From the NCBI GenBank assembly GCA_037834085.1, contig JBBMKC010140563.1, positions 1 to 37,621 of the forward strand: 37,621 nt of DNA, written 5' to 3'. Shown here one piece after another: positions 24,901 through 36,280 of this stretch (position 1 is the stretch's first letter; each line of letters starts with the position of its first letter). The notes under the pieces are model-generated. The model was not told the origin of the DNA. It ran no database searches and saw only the letters and a program-made list of their open reading frames with translations. The DNA is from Bipalium vagum (Eukaryota). Both the position numbers and the translations under genes were made by a program.

Positions 24901-27900
24901 GGCAATATAGATTTTGAAACTTTCCTTCCAGAAATCGAAAATTTAGTAAGTCATTATTATAGAATTAAGCAACATTTTATCGAAGTTTTCAAATGTTAGA
25001 TACGATTGAGCATTAATTCTTAAAATATTTGCATAAAATAATCCGTCAAACGCTAAACAAAGCTTGATTTCTTTCACTTCATGTAAATTATAACTTTTAA
25101 GTATTATATAACGTCCAATTCTTATATAATTTCTAATACACTCTAAGATGGAAAAAGACCACTATTCTTTGAAAATCAGGCTTTCACAAGTTTCACTGTA
25201 TTTAAAATTGATTTGAATTTGACTATAAGATTATATTAATATATTTAAAATTAAAAACTTGTAAAATGAAAGATTTATTAATTTTACTTATTATTATAAT
25301 TTAGTAATTTATCTTGAGAAAGGTCAAATTATCAATAGTAATTATTACATAGCACTATTGGGCCGATTGAGCACAGAAATCAAGAAAAAACGACGCTACA
25401 TGCAAAAGAAAAAAGTGCTGTTTCACCTGGTCAATGTCTCGTCTCACAAGTCCTTGAAAAAAATGATGAAATTGGATGAATTACGCTTTAAATTACTTCC
25501 CCACCCACTGTACTCTCCAGATCTGTCTCACACCTACTACTGGCTTTTTGCAAACATGAAAAAGATGCTCAAAGGAAAGAAATTTTTCTCAAATAAGGTG
25601 ATATTCCGAACTGAGGCATATTTTGAGAGAAAAGACAAATACTTTTACAAAAATGGCATCTAAAAACTAGAGAGTCGTTCGAATGAGTGTATCACTCTTG
25701 AAGGAGAGTATGTTGATGAATATAGTTGTATTTACACTAAAAATTGTTTTTTTTAATTAGAACGGGACTTATTGAGTGATAGACAAATTATCTAAATAAT
25801 AATTATTATTTAAAAGCATGGTGTGAGAGAAATGTAATATTCTGATTGCTTGTTAATTATGATAGTAACAAAAAGTATTTAATATCTTTTATTTCTTTTA
25901 ATATCTATAATATATATTATAATCAATCTGATACATTAAATTTTCCATTAAAAAAAATTACAACATTTATATTATATTTATATACAGAAAATATATTGTC
26001 AATATCTGTTATATCCTCCAGCTGCATCGATTATTGCGGAAAGCTTTCGCTCCATAGAATCTACAAGGCTGTACGGGTAATTTTCTTCTCCCATGATAGT
26101 GGTCCACAAATCTTGACACTTGATAAACAGGACGGCAGATGTAGTTGGCTTGCTGAGCATATGATTAAGCTGGTGTTTCATGTGTCCCCAGACATTTTCG
26201 ATGGGGTTAGCATCGGACTGATTGTTGGCCACGGAGGAGAGGTAGGTCATGATCATCGAACCATTCTCTTGTAAATTTGGCAGTATGAATTGGTGCATTG
26301 TCTTGCTGGTAGAATTCTATGTTCATTTGATCGATGAAAGGAAGGAGGTTCTGTTCTAATAGCTCAACATATCCTTCAGAATTAAGCCGCTGTTTAATTC
26401 TAACCAAAAAACTGTAACCATCTCTAGAAAACGATCCCACACCATGCAGTGACATGAACTTCTATTTGGAAGATGGGTAACAAACCGATCCTGCACTCTA
26501 GTGCTTTTCCTACGCCATACGTACTGTTTTCTATTATTCATGTGTAACTTTGATTCATTACTGAAGATGATTGCTGACCAGTTTTTTTGGCGATGACCAA
26601 TATCCTTCAAGCGGCGATTGATCATGCCATATGATACTTTTTAGATTGCAGACAAGTCTGATGCTATTTACCGAGTTCCTTTGAACAGATATTGTTCGAC
26701 ATATCTCGCAATATGCCTGCCAAACCTATTTGTTGTCTTTCGTTGTTTTATAATTAGAATTATAAAGCAAAAAAAACTTACATGGCTTATGAAAATGAAT
26801 TACAAAACTTTAAATTATAATTGAAAAATATAAATAATCTGATATATATACAAATTTATTTAATTGAAAATTTGTTGATTTTTTCTACTGGATAATTTAA
26901 TATATCAGACTGAATATTATATTTTATAATATTTCTATCATCTTCTTGAGGATTAAACACCGTGAATTTCATGACATTATGTTATTGGTTAGTATAAAAA
27001 TCCGATATATTTCCAATATCTGTTCTTACAGTTTAAACTTCAATTCATATTCTCATTAGACAATCAGGGGTTACGGATCATTATGCACTGAATGAAAAGG
27101 ACGCTTTTCGTATAACACGGTCTCTTATATCGAATCTTAATCGACAGAAAAGGATTTCTGTAAGTATAAATTTTTAGTTTTTAGAAATTTTTTTTTCAAC
27201 TAACCTAAAAACTAATTTATCCTTTTTTAAATAATTGAAAATATCACTTTTTATTTATAGTGTCTCAGATATTTATTTCTAATATTAAAAACTTTGTGAA
27301 GCCCTATAAGTCATACTAGCTTAAAGTAATAATATAATAACACAAATATGTGTACATGTGAAGCTTAACTTGGTCTATTATAAGATTGGAAAGAAAGTCT
27401 TTAATGACTTTTGATATGCATATTTAATCAATTTCTTTTTTCCAAAATAGATGATTTTTAAAATTTTTTATGTACTTTTTTAATATTATTTAATGTAAAG
27501 TTTAATTATTTGGTTAAATTTTTGCTAAAATAATTTTATTATATAATTAAGCCATCTTAACAGATGATACTCACATATGACATTGTATGCTATATAAATT
27601 TAGAAACGGTTCCAGCACCAGAGAAGCTTACGAGACGATTTCTTCTGTCTATCCAGGTGAAATATAGTCTCAGTAAATATGAAAAATGGTTCACTCCGTT
27701 CCGGTATAGTAATTTTGGCCTTGAGGATCGTCGAGAACTGGAAGACCGAGAAAGTTTGACAAAGATGTTCTCAAAGATCTTAACGAGAGAGATCTAAAGC
27801 TTTCCAGTCGGGAATTAGTTGATATTCTCCATTTGACTCATACAACAGTTTTATCATATCCACACGAGATTGGAAAAATCAGCATTTGTGGAATTTCGGT

Positions 27901-30900
27901 CCTCTATGATTTAACTGCACAACAGATGCTTCAACGCACCACTGTTTGCATTTCTTTGTTGATGCCTTTCGAAGTGCAACAATTTCTTCATCGAATATTT
28001 ACGAGAGATGGAAATTTGGTTCTTTAAGATAATTTTCAGCGACATAAACAGGGGTTGTTTCCTGGTCAACATACAAATCCCACACCAAAACCATGTCTGC
28101 ACCATAAAAAGGGTTTATTGTGTGTTTGGCTCAATATGGAGGGTTTAGTACATTACGAATTGTTGGATATGAATGAAACGATGACTCTCCACGTCTATTG
28201 TCAACAATTAGATGCATTGCGAGCAAGTTTAGATAAAAAAAACCTGCTCTAAGCAACTGAAAAGAAGTAATCCTACAATTATATATTGTGTGCCAAAATT
28301 ATCCTCCAACGTAGAAAAATGTTATACACAATAATTTGAAAATTACAATTTCTATTAAGTTAACCTTGTTAAAAAAAACATACAAATGTCAAAAAAACAT
28401 TTTTGATAAAATTTCCACCAGTAAGATATATGATAACCATTCTTTTCAGTGCACTTCTTAATCGGTATGACATACTGTCGAACAAAGACTTGACTGTTTC
28501 AAAAAGAATTAATTTCTCTTGCTCTTTTAGTACTTTTCTAAAAGATTCCAGGGATGCCGGTGGTTCCCCAATCTCCTGTCAAGTACATTCCACAAAAACT
28601 CTATAATGGAGAGATCCGGAGAGCACGAGGGCCATGGAATGGTATTGATGTTATTTTGCATTAAAGCAACTATGGCAACTTTACAAATATGAGGACATGT
28701 GGCTTGAACCAGAAATTGTTGTTCTGTTTCATAAAAGATACAATGTTTTTCTCAATGATTTCTTTGGTATACGTCTCACCATTCAAAGTCCCATCAATCA
28801 TTATCAAAGGGCTTAGTTTTTTAGAAGACATGGTCGCTCACACCATAATTGAGACGGTGCAACAATCCGATACAAAAAATATTGTAATTTTCCGTCTGAC
28901 CCGAATTCTTCCATCCTGCATATCCAAGTAGAACTGTGATTCATCGTTAAAAACCACCTTCCAACTTTCATTGCACCAAATTATCCGGTTAGAACGATTT
29001 AGTTGAGTCAATGAAGTTTTTAAGAAATTTTAAGAATGAAAACTTAACTGTATGGCACGGTACTGTATACTTCTAAGAGATACACTATGTAAAGCTAAGT
29101 TCTATTGTCTTTGAAGCCTGTAAGACTTGAATCGAGACTTTCGAATAGAATGGAAAATTATTCTTTCCATCCGCTCAGTATGAAGACAATGTCACCATTG
29201 ACCTTTGCGTTCAATATTCTTAGCTTCTTGCAATCTATTCCACATAGGAAAGTTATTCTGTTGCATGACAATGCTCGACATCATGTAGCAATTTCAGTCA
29301 AGGATACGTGTAAAGAACTTGAATGACAGTCTTTCTTCATACGCTATATTTGTCAGACATGGCTCAATCTAATTTCATTTATTCAGATCGATGACACATA
29401 GACTGTCGGAACGGCGCTTTTCGCAAATATGATGAAATTATATTTTGGCTCAATGAATGGATTTTGTCTAAAAACAATAATTTCTTTTACAATGGCATTC
29501 AAAATTTACCAAAATTTAGATCAATTTTGTAGCTAACGATGGGAAATATGTATAATATAATTTTGTTGTCTTTAAAATAAATGCATTTTGTTTTTTTTTA
29601 AAAAGTTCCTCAGAATTAACTGCTACACCTAATATAATTTTTTATGTCCATACCCTTTTTGCTTTTATGTATGAATTGCTTATATATGTTTCTTATGCAA
29701 AAAATTTAACATATGTTAGAAAAATTAATAAACTTTTTGCTTACCTCTAAATTATGTCAAAAACTGTAATTTCTTAAACTAGTGAGAAGTAATGACAGAT
29801 TAAGGTATGCGAACAATTGGAAATAGTAGGAAAATGCTCAATTTTTGGTGAGAGTAGCAAATGAGTCAAAACTGGTGAACTTTACAGTAGTAGAGGAAGT
29901 CATACCGGATTTAATCGGTAGAATAAATCTCCAGAAGATATTCGGATTTAGATTGGTTAAAGAAAATTCCGGGCTGATCAAAACTGATGGAAAGGAAAGA
30001 GAAGAATCATATATGTGTAATATGCGTCAAGATTTAGAAAAAATACAACAAAATAGATTTTTTAAAAACTAAATTTTCAATATTTGCTTTAGTTGTAGAC
30101 ATTTCTTAATGCCCGAACAAATGGCGATCATTGTTGTTGTTATCGATAATATTTACTGTCAAGTAAAAAATTCTTGCTGTTTTCCTTCTATAAAATAAAC
30201 CACCAATGAATGATGATTAAATGTTCGACTAAGTCAGACAATATTGACCACTCCTACTCACAATCTTGATTTTCCGACAAATGATCCCTTCTCCAATTAC
30301 TCACCACCCACAAACCGACACGCACCGAAGCAAGACACGAACACACTTAACAATCCCAAACACATCGGAAAGTTGCTGGACTCCATTACACGCAAAATTC
30401 AATAATAATAAAAATAATGAAATTAAAAAAAAAGGAATAAATAAAAGTAATAGTCTTAACAATTGAGATAACAATGGGCGAGTTCATGTGTCAAAGATTT
30501 CCTTAAAAGTTCTTTATAGGTCAGGCTTGATAGAATCGGTCCTCCTTCCAAAATAAGTCGTTTTCAAACAAATTAACTGCAAAAAATCAGCGATGTCCTT
30601 TATCAAAATCGATTTTTTATTGACTGTGATCTACCTTTTTTCTTCAGTCTTTTCAATGAAAAAAGATTGTTTATTTTATTATTAATATTAATGTTATTTT
30701 GAAAATTTTACTTTATTTATTATTATTATATCCATTTATATTTTATTTATTATTATAACTATTTCAAAATCCAAAATTATTTTTATTATTATTATTACTT
30801 CGAGGTAACTATTAAAAAGCCAGAACCTCCAAGATATCCAGTTGAAGAGATTTACGGCATCGTTGGAGCAAATCTTAAAAAAAATTTTAATATGTACGAA

Positions 30901-33900
30901 GTTATCGCTCGCATTGTGGATGGCAGCAAGTTTCAAGAATTTAAGCCTTTATATGGCGAAACTTTGATATGTGGTAAGCAAATATAATTTTTTTTGTAAT
31001 AATATAGTTGGTAACTTTTTAAGACAATTCTATTTTCAATTTATGAAGTTGACTTTGTAATTCATTAACTTGATTTTTTAACGGTTTTCGACAATCTTAT
31101 TCTGTCAAACTGTAAATAACTTGAATGTTTACTACACCGGCTGATTTTCTGCAGTCTATGCAAGTTATCAGGAATTTAGGACTTAATAAAATTTAATTTT
31201 ACTGAAAGTTTTCTTAGACCTCTGATTGGATTGCCTCCTGTAGCTTACGTTCAATTTTTCAAAATAATCAAATACTTCATTGGTAATTGAGATCGAATAT
31301 ACATTATATATTTTTGAACTATTGAAAAATAGTAACAGCTTCAGAAATGAATAACCTTCAAATATTTTAAATCACATGTGTTGCAGTTTGATCCAATAAA
31401 GATCAAATGTAGAAATCATTTAAACTTATAAAAATTATAATTTTAAAAATTATTAATGTTGAGATATTTTTGATTTAAGAAATCATATAAAGTTGATAAA
31501 AGTTTTTTTCAGTTGGAAAATTGTAATGGTATTATTAATTATAAATTAATAATTATTGTAAACTATTTTATATAAAAAACAGAAAAATGAGAAGTATGCT
31601 TTATTTATGACAAGAAACAATGAGAATCATGATTTAATTAGTTTGTTGAGCAGCGTGAACGTACCTGGCTCTGTCTTTACTAAATCAAATATTTAATTCA
31701 AAGAAAATTTCAGATTAACCTCGAGAAAGGATACTTTAATGATAATATCTTTAAATGATAATAACAATAACAAATGATAATAATAATAAATGTTAATAAC
31801 TTATTAATAAGCCAGACCGAAAATGATTTAAATACAATATATGTTGAACTTCTTGATGCAAAATAAGTGATAGATGAAATACTGATTTCCTGTTTTTATA
31901 AGAGGAAAACAGTTTCTTATTTGTGATATAATGTGCTAGTAAAGTCGGAAAGAGGTGTAAAGAAATTAAAAATTATATTTAATTAGTTTTCTATACGTTT
32001 TTTGAAATAAATGTTTGTAATTCAAAAACATCTTACAGTGTTATTAATAAATATATGGAGAAGGTATCAAGTGATTTACAGAAATTATTAATCACTATAT
32101 AGAAATTTGTTTAAAATTTCATTCATGCAGTAATTGCAATAAATCAAAATTAAAATAAACAAAGAAAATATAAATAATAGAAACCAAAGAACAAGGTAAG
32201 TTGTGAATTCAACAAAACTTGTTCTTATTATAATCATTGCTTGAAGGAGATTCTATCTAGAAAATTCCCAAGTGAAATTAGAGTACCCACGGTGTACAAA
32301 TAGAAATCTCTGTTAGAAGATAATGATATCGGAATTTTGGCTAAAACTATTGGAAAGTCAGGTCGCAAAGCAACTATCTTAAATTACATGGTTAAGATAT
32401 CTGAGTGTGTCCAAAATTATTTAACACTCACTCAAGAATGCTTAAGAAGATCACTTGAAAAAGATAACATACAAATTAGTCATTGTTTCATTATGTTTAA
32501 AGGTTATTATTATGTATTACATAATATATTAATATCATGTAAATAATAAATATCATAATTTAATTCCTGAAATTGAATCTTACGAGCAAGGCACTTCATA
32601 AAGTTTCCGATAAACTCTTTAGAAGTAATCGCAAATACAAAATCGTTTGCAATTAAATACATGAATGTTGGAAACTCGAAAATTATATACCTAGATGAAA
32701 CAGGACTGAATCTACATACATTGTATGGGTTTGGATATTCTCTCAAAAACGTTCCTATCAAATGGATTGTTCCAGTAAATTGGGGAAGGAACGTTAGCCT
32801 ACTGTGTATCATTTTAAACGAATTCATACGTCAACACATTATTTTTGGACCCCCTCTGTTGTTTTTAGAGTTTCTAGTTGAATTTTTTCAGTTAAAGATA
32901 TTTGATAAAGGAAAAATAATTCTAATGGATAACAAGTTCCATAAAACCATTAAAGATTCATCGCAAATAATAGTATTCATCGATATTATTTACCTCCATA
33001 CAGTTCGGCATTATATCCCATCGAAGAAGTATTTTGTTGTCTGAAATCTCGTTACTGTCAATAACGTCCGTGCCCTCAAACTTCACTAGAACTAATTGAA
33101 AAGCATGTAATTCAATATATGACTATTGACAGTTCACTTAATTTTAACATTTTTTATTCCAAAATGAGAAGATATCTCGATTTAGCTTTTGATGGAAGTT
33201 TCTTTTAATTTGTAATATATATTTATTTGTTTAATCTCTGTTCTTATTTTTTTCTATAATTTCCTATATAATGATTAATACTTTGTATATATTTATTAAT
33301 AACCCTTTATGTAAGATTTAGAAATTATTCAATGTTAACATGAATATTACATTTCCTGCGTAGTTCATTAATTCATTAAAGGAATTGTAAAAATTACTGC
33401 AAAATTTAAACGAATTTTACAAATCTCAATATTTAGTTAATGTACTTCTAATAAGAAGTACTTCTAAATGTACTTCTAATGTACTAGAAAATTATATTTT
33501 CAATTAAATACATAATCATTTCTTCAAATAAAATGTATATTTCTAATAATCTTTACAATTATATTGGTTGATAGAAATAGTTTTCGTATTTTATAAAAAC
33601 GATTAAATTAAAGAAAAAAAGGTATTTTTTTAAACAACTTGTGAACCTTTCACATCGATAATATCTTGCCATTTTCCAGGCAGAGTCAATAATTAAACAT
33701 TGAAACATTTCTTTGATTTTTTAAAGAAAAATTTTACCAAATTCATTCTTTATGTTTTTGAATAGAACTAAACTTTACCCATATTTTGCTATAGTTTGAG
33801 GAGCTTCTCCTGACATGGGCATAACATAGTTTGAGAATTATTGGTAAAGATTATCCATTTTTCGTCGCTTTTGATAAATTGTTTACTTTGAATTTCTTAG

Positions 33901-35292
33901 AGTGGCTCAGATTGAAAACCTTTCCATTTGATTATTTATGTTAATTCAAATACCAGCTCCTTTAATCCAACATTTTCAAAATATTTTAAAATAGGTTTCT
34001 GGTCAATGTTTGGTACTCCAAAGTACGAAAATATTTTTAAAAATCTTTTATTTTTGTTTTACACATTTAATTAAAATATTCAATCTTCATTTTTTTATAA
34101 AATACGAAAAACCTTATGTCCTACTCATTATTTGTGATCTATTTAACACTAATTTAATAATTTATATTTTTAGGAAATAAGAATCTATATTTAAACAAAG
34201 ATATAATTTACTCAATAAATGAGTGAAAAAAATTCTAATCTAATTATTTCTATATTTTGTATTTTAAAAAATTAATTCGTAATTACAGGTTTCAGTCGAA
34301 TTTGGGGTTATCCAGTTGGTATTTTGGCTAACAACGGGGTTCTTTTTTCCGAATCAGCTACAAAAGGATCACATTTCATTCAGCTTTGTTGCCAGATGAA
34401 AATTCCACTGATATTCTTGCAACATATTACAGGTATGAATTGATCGATTCACTATTTATATATAGGTAGTAATTATTCATAATCCCTTCAATCAAAACAA
34501 ATGGAAATATTTATGATTGTCAAGGTCAATTTTGAATTTATGTTAAATTTATATCAATCAATATCATAAAATTGATTAAAATTATTAATCAGATAATAAA
34601 TATATAATTATGAAATTTATATCTTGATGAAAATGTAAATTTTGCAACGATCAGTTTTCTAACTAGGGATTTAGAAATGAGATTCTTACAAATTATTTCT
34701 GCCAGTCGATGGCAGAAATAAATTAGGTTTCTTTATTAAATTGTATTATAGGATTTATGGTCGGTCGAGAAGCAGAAGCAGGTGGAATTGCCAAGAATGG
34801 AGCGAAATTAGTAACGGCAGTGTCAACAGCAAATGTACCAAAGATCACAGTAATTGTTGGAAATAGTTATGGGGCTGGAAATTATGGAATGTGTGGAAGA
34901 GCTTTTGGGCCACGATTTTTGTATATGTGGCCAAATGCTAGAATCAGTGTTATGGGAGGAGAACAAGCCGCCAATGTACTCGTTCAAATACAGAAAGAAC
35001 AGAAAATGAGAGAAGGAAAACCGGTATATTTACCGAATGCAATATTTCTGTTTGTTTATGACATTGGCGATATTAATTTCAGTTTACAGCGGAAGATGAG
35101 GAGGCCATTCGAAATCCTGTTTTAGCCAAATATGATGAGGAGGGTCATCCATATTATTCAAGTGCACGATTGTGGGATGATGGAATAATAGATCCAAAAG
35201 ATACGCGATCCATATTGGCATTAAGCTTGAGTGCCTGCTTAAATACTGAATTTGCAGAAACATCCGCAAGATATGGAGTATTTCGAATGTGA
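21908..35292 (+). CDS. MCCC2: Methylcrotonoyl-CoA carboxylase beta chain, mitochondrial (carboxyltransferase subunit), 12 exons, 568 aa
   Basis: Exons: 21908-22045, 22086-22152, 22303-22387, 22434-22535, 23184-23311, 23360-23472, 23528-23706, 27060-27159, 30805-30973, 34289-34432, 34752-35023, 35083-35292 (1707 nt, all phases consistent, TGA stop). Motifs [96 protein letters not shown], and C-terminal GVFRM. The basic, acid-free N-terminus [24 protein letters not shown] resembles a mitochondrial presequence. Confidence 0.97.
23928..24750 (+). mobile_element. Degraded mariner (Mos1-like) in MCCC2 intron 7
   Basis: Left TIR TA|TTAGGTGTGTGAATAAGTTTC; [49 protein letters not shown]. Confidence 0.78.
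24750..25198 (+). mobile_element. Probable pogo/Tigger 3' end remnant
   Basis: Ends in GGCTTTCACAAGTTTCACTG|TA (revcomp CAGTGAAACTTGTGAAAGCC, pogo-type TIR); [11 protein letters not shown] and KQSLISF resemble a Tigger C-terminus. Confidence 0.5.
25310..25782 (+). mobile_element. 3' half of an irritans-subfamily (Himar1-like) mariner
   Basis: [36 protein letters not shown]...HPLYSPDL...[33 protein letters not shown] is colinear with Himar1; 3' TIR relic TTAGAACGGGACTTATTGAG. Confidence 0.88.
25999..26750 (-). mobile_element. Degraded Tc1-family (DD34E) transposase
   Basis: [63 protein letters not shown] across frameshifts. Confidence 0.88.
27381..28280 (+). mobile_element. Degraded mariner, 5' two-thirds, interrupted at 28281
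   Basis: [55 protein letters not shown]...YCQQL, KEVILQ; candidate left TIR TA|TAAGATTGGAAAGAAAG. Confidence 0.82.
28284..29030 (-). mobile_element. Tc1-family remnant nested in the mariner
   Basis: [59 protein letters not shown]; TIR-like TATTGTGTGCCAAAATTATCC after TA at 28282-28283. Confidence 0.82.
29240..29632 (+). mobile_element. Mariner 3' end with right TIR
   Basis: [39 protein letters not shown]; TIR revcomp TTAGGTGTAGCAGTTAATTCTGAGG next to TA. Confidence 0.85.
29735..30072 (+). mobile_element. LTR-retrotransposon (gypsy-like) aspartic protease relic
   Basis: Across frameshifts: [12 protein letters not shown] / LEIVGKCSI / [24 protein letters not shown], the ANG..L..G...F.VV...LIGR pattern of retropepsin C-halves. 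Catalytic DTG not seen. Confidence 0.5.
32036..33307 (+). mobile_element. Full-length decayed IS630-like (Gambol-type) ITm transposon in MCCC2 intron 9
   Basis: TIRs CAGTGTTATTAATAAATATAT / revcomp AAGGGTTATTAATAAATATAT with TA flanks, 1272 bp. [57 protein letters not shown]. Confidence 0.85.
33630..33990 (-). mobile_element. Internally deleted mariner remnant
   Basis: [27 protein letters not shown], then jumps to [13 protein letters not shown]. Confidence 0.65.
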
Positions 35293-35407
35293 ACCTTTCG
35301 TATTTTTGTCATACTTGCCTCTTCGAAAGCTTTATGATATCTAATTTTTAATATAATTTTGATAAATTAAAATTTTGAGTATTAATTTTTGTTATAGTAA
35401 TTCTTCT

Positions 35408-35413
35408 AATAAA
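35408..35413 (+). promoter_or_regulatory. Candidate polyadenylation signal of MCCC2
   Basis: AATAAA 116 nt after the stop (ATTAAA also at 35366-35371); weak evidence in AT-rich DNA. Confidence 0.35.
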
Positions 35414-35839
35414 AAAATTACAAGATTTTTCTGTTGAATCAGTCTCGTCAGTTTGATCAGCTTTTCTATTCAGAATCAATTTTATAATTTCTCTTTTCAA
35501 AACTCAGTGTGTTGCATGTTACATGCTGTCATTCAGCTTTCGATCTAGCATATTTATCAGCGATCTGAACCTGGTTTTATTGAATTATAAAACTATTGAT
35601 AGTAACACAACATCCAATGTAAAGCACATTTTTATCTAATACATGAATTTATTATTATAAAAAGAGTTATATTGCCTTTATGATCACTGCAATCTAAGAA
35701 GTAATAAATGGTCTACAATAACATAAAGTATTTTATTAAAAACATGGTATTAATAAAATTTCAGAGGATGTAGTACTCTAACAAAACTATTTCTGTGCGC
35801 AATTAAACCTAAAAGACAAGAATGAAATTGTTTAAAGTT

Positions 35840-36280
35840 AAAGCAGAGAATTTTGGCATGCTGTTAGATCTTGAATCCATTCTCAGCTGAAGCCTACGCA
35901 AACTACGACAGTATTAGAGAATGAATGAAAAATTATATTTTGCAAAAAATAGATTTATCGGAAACTAAGCACTGGATGCGCTTTCAACCTGGTATTGAAT
36001 ATATGCATAGTATTTTAATTGACGTTTTTCAGTGATGATAAGATGAGATGACAAAAGTATAAATGTTTGACTGCTTTTTGCCTTCTTTCTTTATCCTCCA
36101 TCTAATGATTAGATAAAGTGATGAAATATCACTACTTTATCAAACAAGTCGAACAGTCTTATCGTGTAGATATCAAACTTGTCATTGACAGTAGATGTTT
36201 ATAAGTGTATTCAGACTTGCAATACGATTGGAATCGTTATCGAAAAACAGTGGAAAGAAGTGTGTCTATCTCCGTAGCTG
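35840..36280 (-). mobile_element. Possible 5' end of a degraded ITm element (DD37E/DD37D-like)
   Basis: TA|CAGCTACGGAG TIR-like end at 36280; ATG at 36101 gives MEDKERRQKAVKHLY, later LKAHPVLSFR. Weak similarity only. Confidence 0.35.

Noticed and set aside
25846-28931. ORFs 25846-26274, 27911-28105, 28403-28606, 28689-28931 (also 32510-32827, 3190-3450, 15588-15797)
   Set aside because: Antisense frames of transposase remnants.
23928-29632. Two inward-facing TTAGGTGT mariner ends bracketing MCCC2 exon 8 as a composite transposon
   Set aside because: The ends diverge after 8 bp and each belongs to its own decayed element; exon 8 is a normal colinear exon.
30215-30466. C/A-rich stretch ([11 protein letters not shown]...) with an AAT/A tail; ORF 30266-30466
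   Set aside because: Possibly a LINE 3' end, but the motif is incomplete; no support for a gene.
33440-33487. Short GTACTTCTAA repeats
   Set aside because: Simple slippage repeat; no spacer structure, not CRISPR-like.
35024-35082. Donor GTATAT as a possible U12 intron
   Set aside because: Lacks the GTATCCTT donor and the TCCTTAAC branch site.
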